Origin: an uncultured Dehalococcoidales bacterium
GTDB taxonomy: Bacteria > Chloroflexota > Dehalococcoidia > Dehalococcoidales > CAYYQY01
Direction of reading: 5' to 3'
Assembly: GCA_964473905.1 (NCBI GenBank)
Contig: CAYYQY010000004.1
Coordinates: 1-58,196, forward strand
DNA: 58,196 nt
In this document: in pieces, positions 39,074 through 48,870 of the stretch
Numbering within the stretch: position 1 is the stretch's first letter
How the letters are laid out: each line of letters starts with the position of its first letter
Made by a program: the position numbers and the translations under genes
Notes under the pieces: model-generated
The model's input: the letters and a program-made list of their open reading frames with translations, nothing else
What the model was told of the DNA's origin: nothing
The model's database searches: none

Positions 39074-40179
39074 TAAAACTGGAGAATGCAACCAAATATT
39101 ATGGTGTCAGCATTGCCGTAGATAGTCTGACCATGGAAATTAACCAGGGCGAGACCTGCGTGCTCATCGGGCCTTCGGGCTGCGGTAAAACAACCACGCT
39201 GCGCATGATAAACCGCCTCGTTGAGCCAACATCGGGGCGGATTTATGTAAACGGACAGGATACCAGCCAGATTAAACCCGACCAGTTGCGGAAGTCCATC
39301 GGCTATGCCATTCAAAGTGTCGGCCTCTTCCCTCACCTGAGCGTAGCCGCCAATATCTCAGTGGTACCGGAGCTACTAAAATGGGATAAAGGCCGTACCG
39401 CCGAACGTGTGGAGGAACTGCTTACCCTCGTCGGCCTTGACCCGGCTGAATATGCCCATAAATACCCGAACCAGCTCTCCGGCGGCGAGGCACAGCGTAT
39501 CGGCGTCGCCCGTGCTCTGGCGGCTGACCCGCCGACCCTGCTCATGGACGAGCCTTTCGGTGCCGTAGACCCGCTCACCCGAGAACGGCTGCAAGCCCAG
39601 TTTGCCCTCATCCAGAAGACGCTGAAGAAGACGGTCATCCTGGTAACACATGACCTTGATGAGGCAATCAGGCTCGCCGACCGGATAGCCATTATGGCAT
39701 CCGGCAAACTCGTTCAGTATGACACGCCGGAAGTAATACTCTCCCACCCCCAAAACAAGTTTGTCCATGACTTCGTGGGCACCGACCGGGCGTTAAAACG
39801 CCTGTCACGTATGGGTATTGAGAGCCTGATAAAAGATACGCCTTCAATCAAAGTAAGTGCCTCTATGAAAGAGGCCCAGGCAATATGCCGCCGCTCCCGC
39901 TGGATATGGGTAACCGGAGAGGATAACCGGTTAATCGGCTGGCTGGACGGGGCTATCCTGAAAGAAGCCAGCTCTGTCAGTGAGGCTACTGTCTACGGTG
40001 AAGCAGAAGAAATCGCCGTCACCCGCAACGCTACGCTGAAAGAGGCACTGTCAAGAATGCTCGGTCAGGGGCTGAAAAGTATTCCGGTGGTAGATGATAA
40101 AAACCACCTGCTCGGTGAGCTCACGCTGAGCGACATTGAGCTCATAACCGCCGCAGCGGAGACGAAAGATAATGCTTAG
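39070..40179 (+). CDS. Osmoprotectant ABC ATPase with C-terminal CBS domains, YehX/OpuA-like
   Basis: GPSGCGKT, LSGGEAQR and MDEPFGAVD motifs. Confidence 0.93.
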   Translation: MIKLENATKYYGVSIAVDSLTMEINQGETCVLIGPSGCGKTTTLRMINRLVEPTSGRIYVNGQDTSQIKPDQLRKSIGYAIQSVGLFPHLSVAANISVVPELLKWDKGRTAERVEELLTLVGLDPAEYAHKYPNQLSGGEAQRIGVARALAADPPTLLMDEPFGAVDPLTRERLQAQFALIQKTLKKTVILVTHDLDEAIRLADRIAIMASGKLVQYDTPEVILSHPQNKFVHDFVGTDRALKRLSRMGIESLIKDTPSIKVSASMKEAQAICRRSRWIWVTGEDNRLIGWLDGAILKEASSVSEATVYGEAEEIAVTRNATLKEALSRMLGQGLKSIPVVDDKNHLLGELTLSDIELITAAAETKDNA

Positions 40180-40927
40180 TCCCAGGAACAGGCGCTGGAT
40201 AATCCTTACCGCTATGACCATCGCCTTCGTCATCATTATTTCTCAGACGGAACTCTGGGAAATATCCCTCAGGTTTCTCTTCCCGAATGAGACCGAGGTG
40301 CTGCACCCGCGCGCCGATTTACTCATCCTCGTCTGGGAGCATATCAGACTGGTCGTTATATCCAGCAGCCTCACCATCTTGATAGGCGTACCCCTGGGCA
40401 TATGGGTAACCCGCCCCGGCGGCAAAGACTTTTTACCCATAGTTACCGACATGACTTCATTCGGTCAAACATTTCCCCCGGTAGCCGTGCTGGCGCTCAC
40501 CGTGCCACTGCTTGGATTCGGGCTGATGCCGACAATAGTTGCCCTTTTCCTCTACGGGCTGCTTCCCGTCGTCCGTAATACCATCGCCGGCATACGCAGC
40601 GTCCCCCCGGACATACTTGATGCTGCTTACGGCATGGGGATGAGCCGCAGGAGAGCCCTGGTGCTTATTGAGATTCCCCTGGCCATAAGAGTCATTTTAG
40701 CCGGTGTGCGCATATCGGTCATCATCAATATCGGCACCGCCATGATAGGTGCCGTTATCGGGGCGGGCGGGCTTGGTTCGCCCATAGTAGCCGGGCTGGT
40801 GCAGGACAATATTGCCTTCATACTGGAGGGAGCTGTACCCGCCGCCATGCTGGCCATACTTGCCGACCAGCTACTCGCCAATATTGAGGGCATATTCGTC
40901 CACGCTGCCGGGGCACAGCCAGCTTAA
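40172..40927 (+). CDS. Osmoprotectant ABC permease, YehW-like
   Basis: QTFPPVAVLAL and DAAYGMGM...IEIPLA. Confidence 0.9.
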   Translation: MLSPRNRRWIILTAMTIAFVIIISQTELWEISLRFLFPNETEVLHPRADLLILVWEHIRLVVISSSLTILIGVPLGIWVTRPGGKDFLPIVTDMTSFGQTFPPVAVLALTVPLLGFGLMPTIVALFLYGLLPVVRNTIAGIRSVPPDILDAAYGMGMSRRRALVLIEIPLAIRVILAGVRISVIINIGTAMIGAVIGAGGLGSPIVAGLVQDNIAFILEGAVPAAMLAILADQLLANIEGIFVHAAGAQPA

Positions 40928-40955
40928 TACAGCAAAAAGACTGTACTCGCCAGTT

Positions 40956-42326
40956 TCAGACTGATTCCTCCAGATTACCAAACGTGGCCAGTATCAGCTC
41001 GGGCAGAGCCGGGTGAATATGAAGCCCCCGGCTTATGTCGTCTATGTCTCCGCCCGCTGCCATGACATTAATCACTTCCTGGATGAGTATGGGGGCACCG
41101 GGCCCGATAATACGAAAACCCAGTATTCTACCGCTTTCTCTCTCCACTATTGCTTTGGCGAACCCGGCTTCTTCCATCATGGCTTCACCTTTAGCCACGT
41201 CCGAGTAATTTGCTCTACCCACCAGTATCTCGTGGTCTTGCCGGGTGCTCGCCTCGGTCAGCCCTACGGATGCTATCTGCGGATGAGAATAAACGGCATG
41301 CGGCGCCGCGGTGTAGTCCACCTTTATTGCCTCACCACGCAGCACATTGCTGACGGCGAGCTGTGCCTCCATATTCGCCACGTGGGTAAACATCTGCTGT
41401 CCGTTGGCGTCCCCCACCGCGTATATGTTTTTCTGGCTGGTCTCAAGATATTCGTTTACCTTGATGAAGCCCCTCTCGTCCAGCGCTATACCCGTATTTT
41501 CTACCCTTAACAGGTCGGCATTAGACTTTCTCCCCACCGCTACCATAATCCTTTGCCCGTCAAACTCATGCGTTACGCCGGCAGCCCTATCCCTGGCCAC
41601 CACGACAACACCGCCGTCTCTCCGCTTCACCTCTTCAACACGGGCACCAGTACGAACGCTCATACGCCGGCTTAACTCCTCCTTGAGCAGTCCCGATACC
41701 TCCGGCTCCTCAGCCAGAACGAGCCTGTCAGCCATCTCCAGTATGGTAACCTGCGTACCCATAGCGGCAAAGAAATGACCGTATTCCACCGCAATATAGC
41801 CGCCGCCGATAATAACCAGACTCCCCGGCCTGTCCTTAAGCTCAAGCACCGTTTCGTTGGTCAGATAGTCAACACCGTCCAATCCTTTTATCGGCGGTAC
41901 AGCCGGGCGAGAACCGGAGGCAATAAAGATATACCCCCCTTTGATTTTTTCGCCATTGACCTCAATAGTGTAGTCGGGAACAAAGTGTCCCTCGCCCTCG
42001 TAAAAATCCAGCTCGCTCAACTGTGAAATGCTTTGCCTCATGTGACTCTGAATTTCCTGTACGCCCTCTCTCATCCGTTCCATGATGAAGTTGAAGTCAA
42101 TGCTGTGAATCCCGGCTTTTATGCCGAGCTTACCGGCTTCCTCTATTTCAACTATTCTGTCTGCGGCATAAATCAGCATCTTGGACGGTATGCAACCCAG
42201 ATTGGGGCAGGTACCTCCCAGTGGCCCTTTATCCACAAGGGCCACCTTCAAACCATGGGACAGGGCTTCGTCAACGATATACATGCCACTGCCAGAACCG
42301 ATGACTATAACATCATACTCATGCAT
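40956..42326 (-). CDS. Class I pyridine nucleotide-disulfide oxidoreductase (dihydrolipoamide dehydrogenase/mycothione reductase-like)
   Basis: IGSGSG, GGTCPNLGCIPSK, IGGGYIAVE and C-terminal HIHPALPE; GGAGG RBS before ATG 42326. Confidence 0.9.
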   Translation of the reverse strand: MHEYDVIVIGSGSGMYIVDEALSHGLKVALVDKGPLGGTCPNLGCIPSKMLIYAADRIVEIEEAGKLGIKAGIHSIDFNFIMERMREGVQEIQSHMRQSISQLSELDFYEGEGHFVPDYTIEVNGEKIKGGYIFIASGSRPAVPPIKGLDGVDYLTNETVLELKDRPGSLVIIGGGYIAVEYGHFFAAMGTQVTILEMADRLVLAEEPEVSGLLKEELSRRMSVRTGARVEEVKRRDGGVVVVARDRAAGVTHEFDGQRIMVAVGRKSNADLLRVENTGIALDERGFIKVNEYLETSQKNIYAVGDANGQQMFTHVANMEAQLAVSNVLRGEAIKVDYTAAPHAVYSHPQIASVGLTEASTRQDHEILVGRANYSDVAKGEAMMEEAGFAKAIVERESGRILGFRIIGPGAPILIQEVINVMAAGGDIDDISRGLHIHPALPELILATFGNLEESV

Positions 42327-42554
42327 AGCATTACCTCCCGGTATATTTTCGCCGATATCAAGTTCCAGGAATATGTGGAACAAATTAATAATATAATACA
42401 CCGCTGCAAATTTAGCCATACCTCTGGCGCTGTAAATTGGCAACTTCTTTTTCGCAGTCCCTTATCTTCGCCATAAAATGACCACAGGAAAAAACAATCA
42501 GGCACTTTTTTTAATAAAATGATCGTGGTATAATCCACGCAAGGCTTAAGCGAA

Positions 42555-43583
42555 ATGTATATCACGAGCAAAGTGGATTTCAGCTTATCCGTAGACGGGA
42601 TGATTGGGGAAATCGAGGTTTACGGCATAACTGAGAAAATGAAAAGCTACGCTCTGGAGAAGCTGTCTACCGCCGACGAGCTTTGTCTTGACTACCCTGT
42701 CTCCGTTTTACCCCCGAGCAAGTTCTTTATGCCTCCCCGGGAATCTTTAATTACGTTCAGTCTAATCTCAGATACCGAAGTACATCACAGCCTGAAGGCA
42801 AAACCGTCCGTTATAATCGGTATTCACCCTTTTGACCTGCACGCGGTCAAGCTTTCAGACTCCGTGTTTCTGGGTAAACATATTGACGTAAACTACAGGG
42901 CAAGGCGTAGCGCCACCGCCATTATCGGTATTGACTGCCTAAACCCGTGGCCGTTCAGCTTTGCTTCCAGCATGGGAACAACCACGCCCCCGGATATTTT
43001 TGACCTGTGGCTTACCGACCTGGGCAATGACTACCTGATTGAGGTGGGCTCAAGTAAAGGTGACGACCTTATAAAAAAATATTTTGATGCCAGGAAGGCA
43101 AGCGACGCCTGTATACAGCAGCGGGAGAAGCTTCGCGAGGATGCTTTGGAGAAATATCAGCTGCACCTGGATATGCCTTTTCAGGAAATACCACGGATAC
43201 TGGAGGCTTCCTGGGAGAGCCCCATGTGGAAAGAGTTGGGGCAAAAGTGTTTTTCGTGCGGCTCGTGTACCATGGTCTGCCCGACCTGCGTCTGTTTTAA
43301 TGTGCGGGATAAAATTGATTTGAAACTTACCGAGGGCGAGCGCCGCCGCTACTGGGACAGCTGCATGTTCCAGGACTTTGCCATCGTAGCCAGCGGTGAA
43401 AACTTCAGGCCTACCGGCACCGACAGGCTAAGGCACCGTTTATATCGTAAAGGCAAATACATGTTAGACCGCTGGGGCGAGCTGGGCTGTGTGGGGTGTG
43501 GACGCTGTATTAACGCCTGTCTGGTAGATATCGCCAGCCCCGTTGCCGCCTATAACCGCCTAGCCGGGGAGGTGGGGCAATGA
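42555..43583 (+). CDS. Group 3b hydrogenase/sulfhydrogenase beta subunit (4Fe-4S, AsrA-like)
   Basis: CFSCGSCTMVCPTCVC and CVGCGRCINAC motifs. Confidence 0.88.
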   Translation: MYITSKVDFSLSVDGMIGEIEVYGITEKMKSYALEKLSTADELCLDYPVSVLPPSKFFMPPRESLITFSLISDTEVHHSLKAKPSVIIGIHPFDLHAVKLSDSVFLGKHIDVNYRARRSATAIIGIDCLNPWPFSFASSMGTTTPPDIFDLWLTDLGNDYLIEVGSSKGDDLIKKYFDARKASDACIQQREKLREDALEKYQLHLDMPFQEIPRILEASWESPMWKELGQKCFSCGSCTMVCPTCVCFNVRDKIDLKLTEGERRRYWDSCMFQDFAIVASGENFRPTGTDRLRHRLYRKGKYMLDRWGELGCVGCGRCINACLVDIASPVAAYNRLAGEVGQ

Positions 43584-44428
43584 CCTTAAGCGCTGATACC
43601 GAAGAATCAATCTATATACCCAAACTGGCGGAAATCCTCCAAGTAGACGTCCTCTCCGCTACAGAGAGGCTGTACCGGCTGCAATTTACGGACGGAAGTC
43701 ACCTGACACATGTTCCCGGCCAGTTTGTTGAGGTTTCCGTGATGGGTATGGGCGAGGCGCCAATCTCCATCTCTTCGTCGCCTACCCGGGATGCTTCCTT
43801 TGAGATTGGAGTCAGGACAATTGGCAACGTAACCCACGGCATACACCGGCTCCACCCCGGTGATACCATGGGTATCCGGGGCCCTTTTGGCAACGGATTT
43901 CCGGTACCCGAGCTTATCGGACGCGACTTACTCTTTGTGGCTGGTGGCATCGGCGTTTTACCGCTGCGCTCCATGATACAGTATGCGCTGGACAAACGCG
44001 AGCAGTTTGGCAGAATAATCCTGCTCTACGGGTGCCGTCAGCCGGCGGCGCAACTCTTCCCGGAAGAGCTTAATAGAATGCGTAATAGACCGGATATAGA
44101 ACTGCTGGAATCGATAGACCACTGCCCCTTTCACGTAGCCTGGCACGGCAGTGTTGGCGTAATAACCACGCTTTTCCCCAAAGTAACCCTTGAACCCGAA
44201 AAAACAACGGCCCTCATAGTCGGCCCGCCGGTAATGTACCGCTATGTTGCCGCCGAGTGTCTCAAGAAGGGCATAGCCAAAAACCAGATATTGATGTCGC
44301 TTGAGCGCCGGATGAAATGCGGTATAGGCTTATGCGGGCACTGCCAGATAAACAACGTATACGTTTGCCAGGACGGCCCGGTATTCAGCTACGAGGAACT
44401 GAGCAAGCTCAAGGAGACAGAGGTATGA
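43580..44428 (+). CDS. Group 3b hydrogenase gamma subunit (FAD/NAD(P)-binding, 2Fe-2S)
   Basis: PGQFV, IRGPFGNGF, VAGGIG and MKCGIGLCGHC...CQDGPVF motifs. Confidence 0.9.
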   Translation: MTLSADTEESIYIPKLAEILQVDVLSATERLYRLQFTDGSHLTHVPGQFVEVSVMGMGEAPISISSSPTRDASFEIGVRTIGNVTHGIHRLHPGDTMGIRGPFGNGFPVPELIGRDLLFVAGGIGVLPLRSMIQYALDKREQFGRIILLYGCRQPAAQLFPEELNRMRNRPDIELLESIDHCPFHVAWHGSVGVITTLFPKVTLEPEKTTALIVGPPVMYRYVAAECLKKGIAKNQILMSLERRMKCGIGLCGHCQINNVYVCQDGPVFSYEELSKLKETEV

Positions 44429-45165
44429 AAATAAAGATTGCTGTCTTCGATTTTACCGGCTGTGAAGGCTGCGAGCTTCAGATACTTAACTGCGAAGAAG
44501 AAATGCCCGACCTGTTAGCCGCCTTTGACATCGTCAACTTCAGGGAGGCAATAACAGATAAAGGTAACTATTACGATGTAGCCTTTATTGACGGCGCCTG
44601 CTCCCGGGAATCGGAGATTGCCCGGCTGCATGAAATCAGGGAGAGGGCAAAAAGGGTAATACCCATCGGCGCCTGTGCCTCTCTGGGCGGAGTCAACTGT
44701 CTGAGGAACTCTTACAGCACGGTTGACGCCCTTACAGCCGTTTACGGCGAGAGCGCTAATTACTATGACTCCATTCCCGCCCGGCCAATATCTGCGGTGA
44801 TACCTATAGACTTCTTCATCCCGGGCTGCCCTATTCAAAAAGAGGACTTTATACGTGCTTTACAGGCGATACTCATCAGTAAACTACCGGAACAGTACAA
44901 TAATCCCGTCTGCGCCGAGTGCAAGATGGCCGGTAATACCTGTGTCTTTGAGAAGGGAATGACCTGCCTGGGCCCGGTAACACGCGGCGGTTGCCACGCT
45001 ACCTGTGTTACCGGCGGCGCTACCTGCTGGGGCTGCCGGGGCTTCATTGACGACCCTAACGTAAACGCGGAGAAGGAAATACTGGAGAAGGCCGGCCTGT
45101 CCGTAGCCGAGATAATGAACAGGTTTAGCCTGTTTAATACCTTCCAGGAGAGCATATGGAAGTGA
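44425..45165 (+). CDS. Group 3b hydrogenase small (delta) subunit
   Basis: TGCEGC, GACA, PGCP, CAEC, CLGPVT and CWGC; ATGA overlap with gamma. Confidence 0.9.
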   Translation: MKIKIAVFDFTGCEGCELQILNCEEEMPDLLAAFDIVNFREAITDKGNYYDVAFIDGACSRESEIARLHEIRERAKRVIPIGACASLGGVNCLRNSYSTVDALTAVYGESANYYDSIPARPISAVIPIDFFIPGCPIQKEDFIRALQAILISKLPEQYNNPVCAECKMAGNTCVFEKGMTCLGPVTRGGCHATCVTGGATCWGCRGFIDDPNVNAEKEILEKAGLSVAEIMNRFSLFNTFQESIWK

Positions 45166-46427
45166 AGAAGATTGAAATAGGTGTCCGCCACCTTACCAGA
45201 GTGGAGGGGCACGGCAACATAATAGTCAGGGCTCATGACGGGCAGATAGACGAAGTGACCTGGGCAGTAACGGAATCGCCCCGTTTCTTTGAAGTCATGC
45301 TCAGGGGAAGACCCTGGTATGACGCTCACGTGCTGGCCTCCCGTATCTGCGGCATCTGTAGCGTATCTCATCAAATAGCATCCATAAAAGCCACTGAGGC
45401 TGCTTTCGGCCTAAAACCCTCGGAGCAGACCGTATTATTAAGAAAGCTCCTCTACGCCGGTGAAGTCATAGAAAGCCACATTCTCCATATCTACCTGCTC
45501 GCCCTGCCGGATTTCCTGGGCGTGCCGAGTGCCTTCGCCCTCATGGAATCACACAAAGATGCCGTCCTGTGCGGCCTGCGTCTGAAAAAGCTGGGTAACG
45601 ATATCATGGAGACTATCGGCGGACGGGCGGTGCACCCTCAGGCGGCTATAGTTAACGGTTTCGGACGGCTCCCCGGTAAAGAGCAGCTGTTATCAATCAA
45701 GACCCGGTTACAGGAGGCACTGCCGGACATGGCAGCCACGGTAGATCTGTTCCAGAGCCTGGTCTTGCCGGATTTTACCCGTGAAACCGAGTATATCTCG
45801 CTCAAACATCCCGATGAATATACCTTCACCGATGGTGACATAGCCTCTACCGACACCGGTATCACCAGCGTGGACAATTACCTGGACGTTACCAATGAAT
45901 ACTGTGTGCCTCAATCTACGGCCAAGTATACCAAGAATGCCCGGGAGTCCTTCATGGTCGGGGCACTAGCCAGAATCAATAATAACTACGAGCAGCTTAA
46001 CCCTCAGGCTAAAGAGGCAGCTGACCGGCTGGGGCTAAAACCACTGTGTACCAATCCCTTCCTGAACACCCCGGCACAGGTTGCCGAGACCACTCATGAA
46101 ATTGAGGAGTCAATCGCTATCATTGACCGGCTGCTTGAGACGGGTATTCAGGCCGAAGACAGGACGGTCAAGGTAAAGGCCGGACGCGGCATCGGCGCTG
46201 TTGAAGCCCCGCGCGGACTACTAATACATGATTATACCTACGACGAAAACGGCAATATTGTTCAAGCCAACTGTGTCGTCCCCACCAACGAAAATCACGC
46301 CAATATCCAGCTTGACCTGGAATCTCTAGTCCGCGATAACCTGGAGAAGGGACCAGATGAGCTCCAGTTACTCTGCGAAATGCTGGTCAGGGCGTACGAC
46401 CCGTGTATCAGCTGCTCCACACACTAG
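45156..46427 (+). CDS. Group 3b [NiFe]-hydrogenase large (alpha) subunit
   Basis: TRVEGHG, L1 RICGIC, EAPRG and L2 DPCISCSTH followed immediately by stop. Confidence 0.93.
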   Translation: MEVKKIEIGVRHLTRVEGHGNIIVRAHDGQIDEVTWAVTESPRFFEVMLRGRPWYDAHVLASRICGICSVSHQIASIKATEAAFGLKPSEQTVLLRKLLYAGEVIESHILHIYLLALPDFLGVPSAFALMESHKDAVLCGLRLKKLGNDIMETIGGRAVHPQAAIVNGFGRLPGKEQLLSIKTRLQEALPDMAATVDLFQSLVLPDFTRETEYISLKHPDEYTFTDGDIASTDTGITSVDNYLDVTNEYCVPQSTAKYTKNARESFMVGALARINNNYEQLNPQAKEAADRLGLKPLCTNPFLNTPAQVAETTHEIEESIAIIDRLLETGIQAEDRTVKVKAGRGIGAVEAPRGLLIHDYTYDENGNIVQANCVVPTNENHANIQLDLESLVRDNLEKGPDELQLLCEMLVRAYDPCISCSTH

Positions 46428-47059
46428 CCTCAATACAGGCCATGCAATACTGATCCGTACAGTAACTTGCTATTCCGCTTACCCACATAATTATAGTTTA
46501 TCCTTTCATTCTCGTTATAACGCAAGGTATTGACAACCCGATAAATAAGGGGTGAATTATAGTCTTAACTTATACATTAAAACCTATATAGTACAACTGT
46601 AGTATTCGCTTTATAAGTACGCCAGCAGAGCACCTGAATTTTGCTGACCATGATTATGGTTGGCAATTTCTTGTAATTCATATAACCCGGATTTCAGGGT
46701 AATAAGTACATAAGTGAAACTACCGATAGCATACATAAGCATATTTAAATCTCGTGAGTTAAAATCTCTGAACTTAAGAGATAGCGAGTTACGCCCCTTA
46801 ACATGTCCCGCACTCTGCCTGAACAGCCTGCCGTCTTTAAGACCAATTTTACCAGACCTTTATACCGCCATCCGTCACCGGATAAAAGCGCTGATTATTA
46901 CCGGCCATACAGCCGGGCTTCTAAACGATAATGCAAAAATTACCCCCGCCAGATATATCCACACCATTTCAATTAAGATTACCGGCTCCTACCCGTCAGG
47001 GCAACAACTGCTAATCACAGATAACCCTAACATGTATTGAAATATGGAGTAACTTGATT

Positions 47060-47644
47060 ATGGCTCAAGAAGTAAAAGAAGGGGGAAACAAAGAAGCATT
47101 CAAGGTCGAATATGAAGCTGTCAGGTATGATAATCTACCCCTGGTAATAAAAATTATCTTTGTTCTATTAACCGTTGTCGGTATTGGTCTCGCCGTGGCA
47201 TTTATGTTTTCCATCAGTATAGAGGGGAAAACCCTCTCCAATACCGGCTACTATTACCTGCTCTTTGCGCTCTTTGGCTCAGCTATCTTCCTGATACTGC
47301 CGCTGCGCAAAAAAGGCAAGACAAAATTGCCCTGGTACGACATATTGATTGCAGTGATAGCCTTTGCTATCCCCATGTACTTTTTTACCAATAGTTTTAA
47401 AATTCAGCAGGTAGGCTGGATCCCGGCACCGTCCAACTTCATTTTTACACTGGCGCTGGTACACTGCTTTATCATGCTCGAGGCTGCCCGCAGGATGGGC
47501 GGCATTATTTTTTTCTCACTGTGTATAGTACTCTGGATGTACCCTCTTTACGCCAGCCACATGCCCGGCATTTTCTACGGCATAACCAGAGCCATTACCG
47601 TGGCCGGCCCCGGCGGCGCCATGATAAAGATTTTTGATTGCTAG
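47060..47644 (+). pseudogene. Truncated TRAP transporter 4TM/12TM fused permease
   Basis: N-terminal TM helices with LPWYD and LEAARR.GG, but only about 195 aa; no partner SBP gene. Confidence 0.65.
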
Positions 47645-47712
47645 GTTTTATTCCGTGCTATAACCCCCGGGTAAGCGGCAGATATCCAGACGCTATTTCA
47701 GGCTTTCACTGC

Positions 47713-48015
47713 CTACCAGGGAGTCTCCCTACTTTTTAGCGTACTGATAAGGTCTTCCACGCTGATAGCCGCCAACGTCAGTGTCTGGGTCGTCCCTTTA
47801 GCACTCAGCCGTATTGCCAGCTTGGCTATGGTCTCATTGCTGGGGGCCTCAAGTATATTGACGAAATCATACTGACCCAACAGGGCATACTGGGCCAGGA
47901 TTTTGACCCCCATAAACTCTACTTCTTTGTTGATTTCCCGTAGCCTTTCCGGGTCTTCCTGAATAACCTGCCTCCCGTTATCGGTTAAAGTGGTGAGCAT
48001 CAGATAGATAGACAT
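47713..48015 (-). CDS. GYD domain protein
   Basis: YLMLTTLTDNG, YALLGQYDFV and TQTLTLAA; AGGAGG RBS. Confidence 0.85.
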   Translation of the reverse strand: MSIYLMLTTLTDNGRQVIQEDPERLREINKEVEFMGVKILAQYALLGQYDFVNILEAPSNETIAKLAIRLSAKGTTQTLTLAAISVEDLISTLKSRETPW

Positions 48016-48213
48016 GGCTACCTCCTTGTAATCCGGCACTTGGCATATATTATGCGGTAATACCCCACCGCTTTGTCAACACGCACATTATATATACCCG
48101 ACGCTTTGCCACTCGTTTCTGATAGGTAAGCCGTGATATAATCGGTCAAAACGTAATACTTATATGCAAACCTCATGCCATTTTAGCAAAATCATTACTG
48201 AGAGGTTGTCACT

Positions 48214-48648
48214 TTGGATGAAGCTGTAAACAGGGAAGAACGCATAAACGATAATATTACCGAGCTTATAGCAAGAGAAAAAAATGACCCGGTAGCCTCA
48301 TTTCTTGGCATGAGCATGCAGGAGCTAAGCCCGGGATACGCCAGGATAGCGATGGAGGTTAAACCGGAATACCTGAACTTCCAGGGTCTGGTGTTCGGCG
48401 GTATTATCATGGCACTGGCCGACCAGGCTTTTGGCTACGGCTGTAACTCTATCTATTACCCCAGTGTAGCCACTCAGTTCAACACCCATATCCTGGCCGC
48501 CGCCCAGACAGGAGACCGGCTCATTGCCGAATGCCGGGTGGTAAAGAGCGGGCGGCGCGTGGGCCTGTCCGAGATAACGGTCACCAACCAGGAAGGCAAA
48601 CTCATTGCCAAAGCCACCGGCACCAGCATTCCGGCGGGGGAGCAGTAG
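48214..48648 (+). CDS. PaaI-family hotdog-fold thioesterase
   Basis: NFQGLVFGG...LADQAFG and GRRVG. Confidence 0.88.
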   Translation: MDEAVNREERINDNITELIAREKNDPVASFLGMSMQELSPGYARIAMEVKPEYLNFQGLVFGGIIMALADQAFGYGCNSIYYPSVATQFNTHILAAAQTGDRLIAECRVVKSGRRVGLSEITVTNQEGKLIAKATGTSIPAGEQ

Positions 48649-48803
48649 CCATTCGGTTACAGGCTCAACTTGATATAAGAGCCCGAACTCAATCCTACAA
48701 CAGATACTGCATTCAACCAGAGTAATATGAAACACACGGGTATCTGCGCTCTTGAGAAAGGCAAAACAGCAGGCACCGGCATGCTAATTCAGGAGTGATA
48801 TTA

Positions 48804-48832
48804 TTGACATTAGTATACTGAACGTATAAAAT
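48804..48832 (+). promoter_or_regulatory. Sigma70-type promoter of the tail-tube gene
   Basis: TTGACA-N17-TAAAAT, 39 nt before the TTG start. Confidence 0.7.
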
Positions 48833-48870
48833 TTTGCCAGAAGTCTATTATAAAAACAGGGGGGATTACT

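Noticed and set aside
40956-42326. Specific call as mycothione reductase or mercuric reductase
   Set aside because: The IHPALPE ending is suggestive, but there is no MerA C-terminal Cys pair and no mycothiol or lipoyl-domain genes nearby; kept at family level.
46714-47040. 108-aa ORF in the gap before the TRAP fragment
   Set aside because: GTG start without RBS, low-information composition, no family motif.
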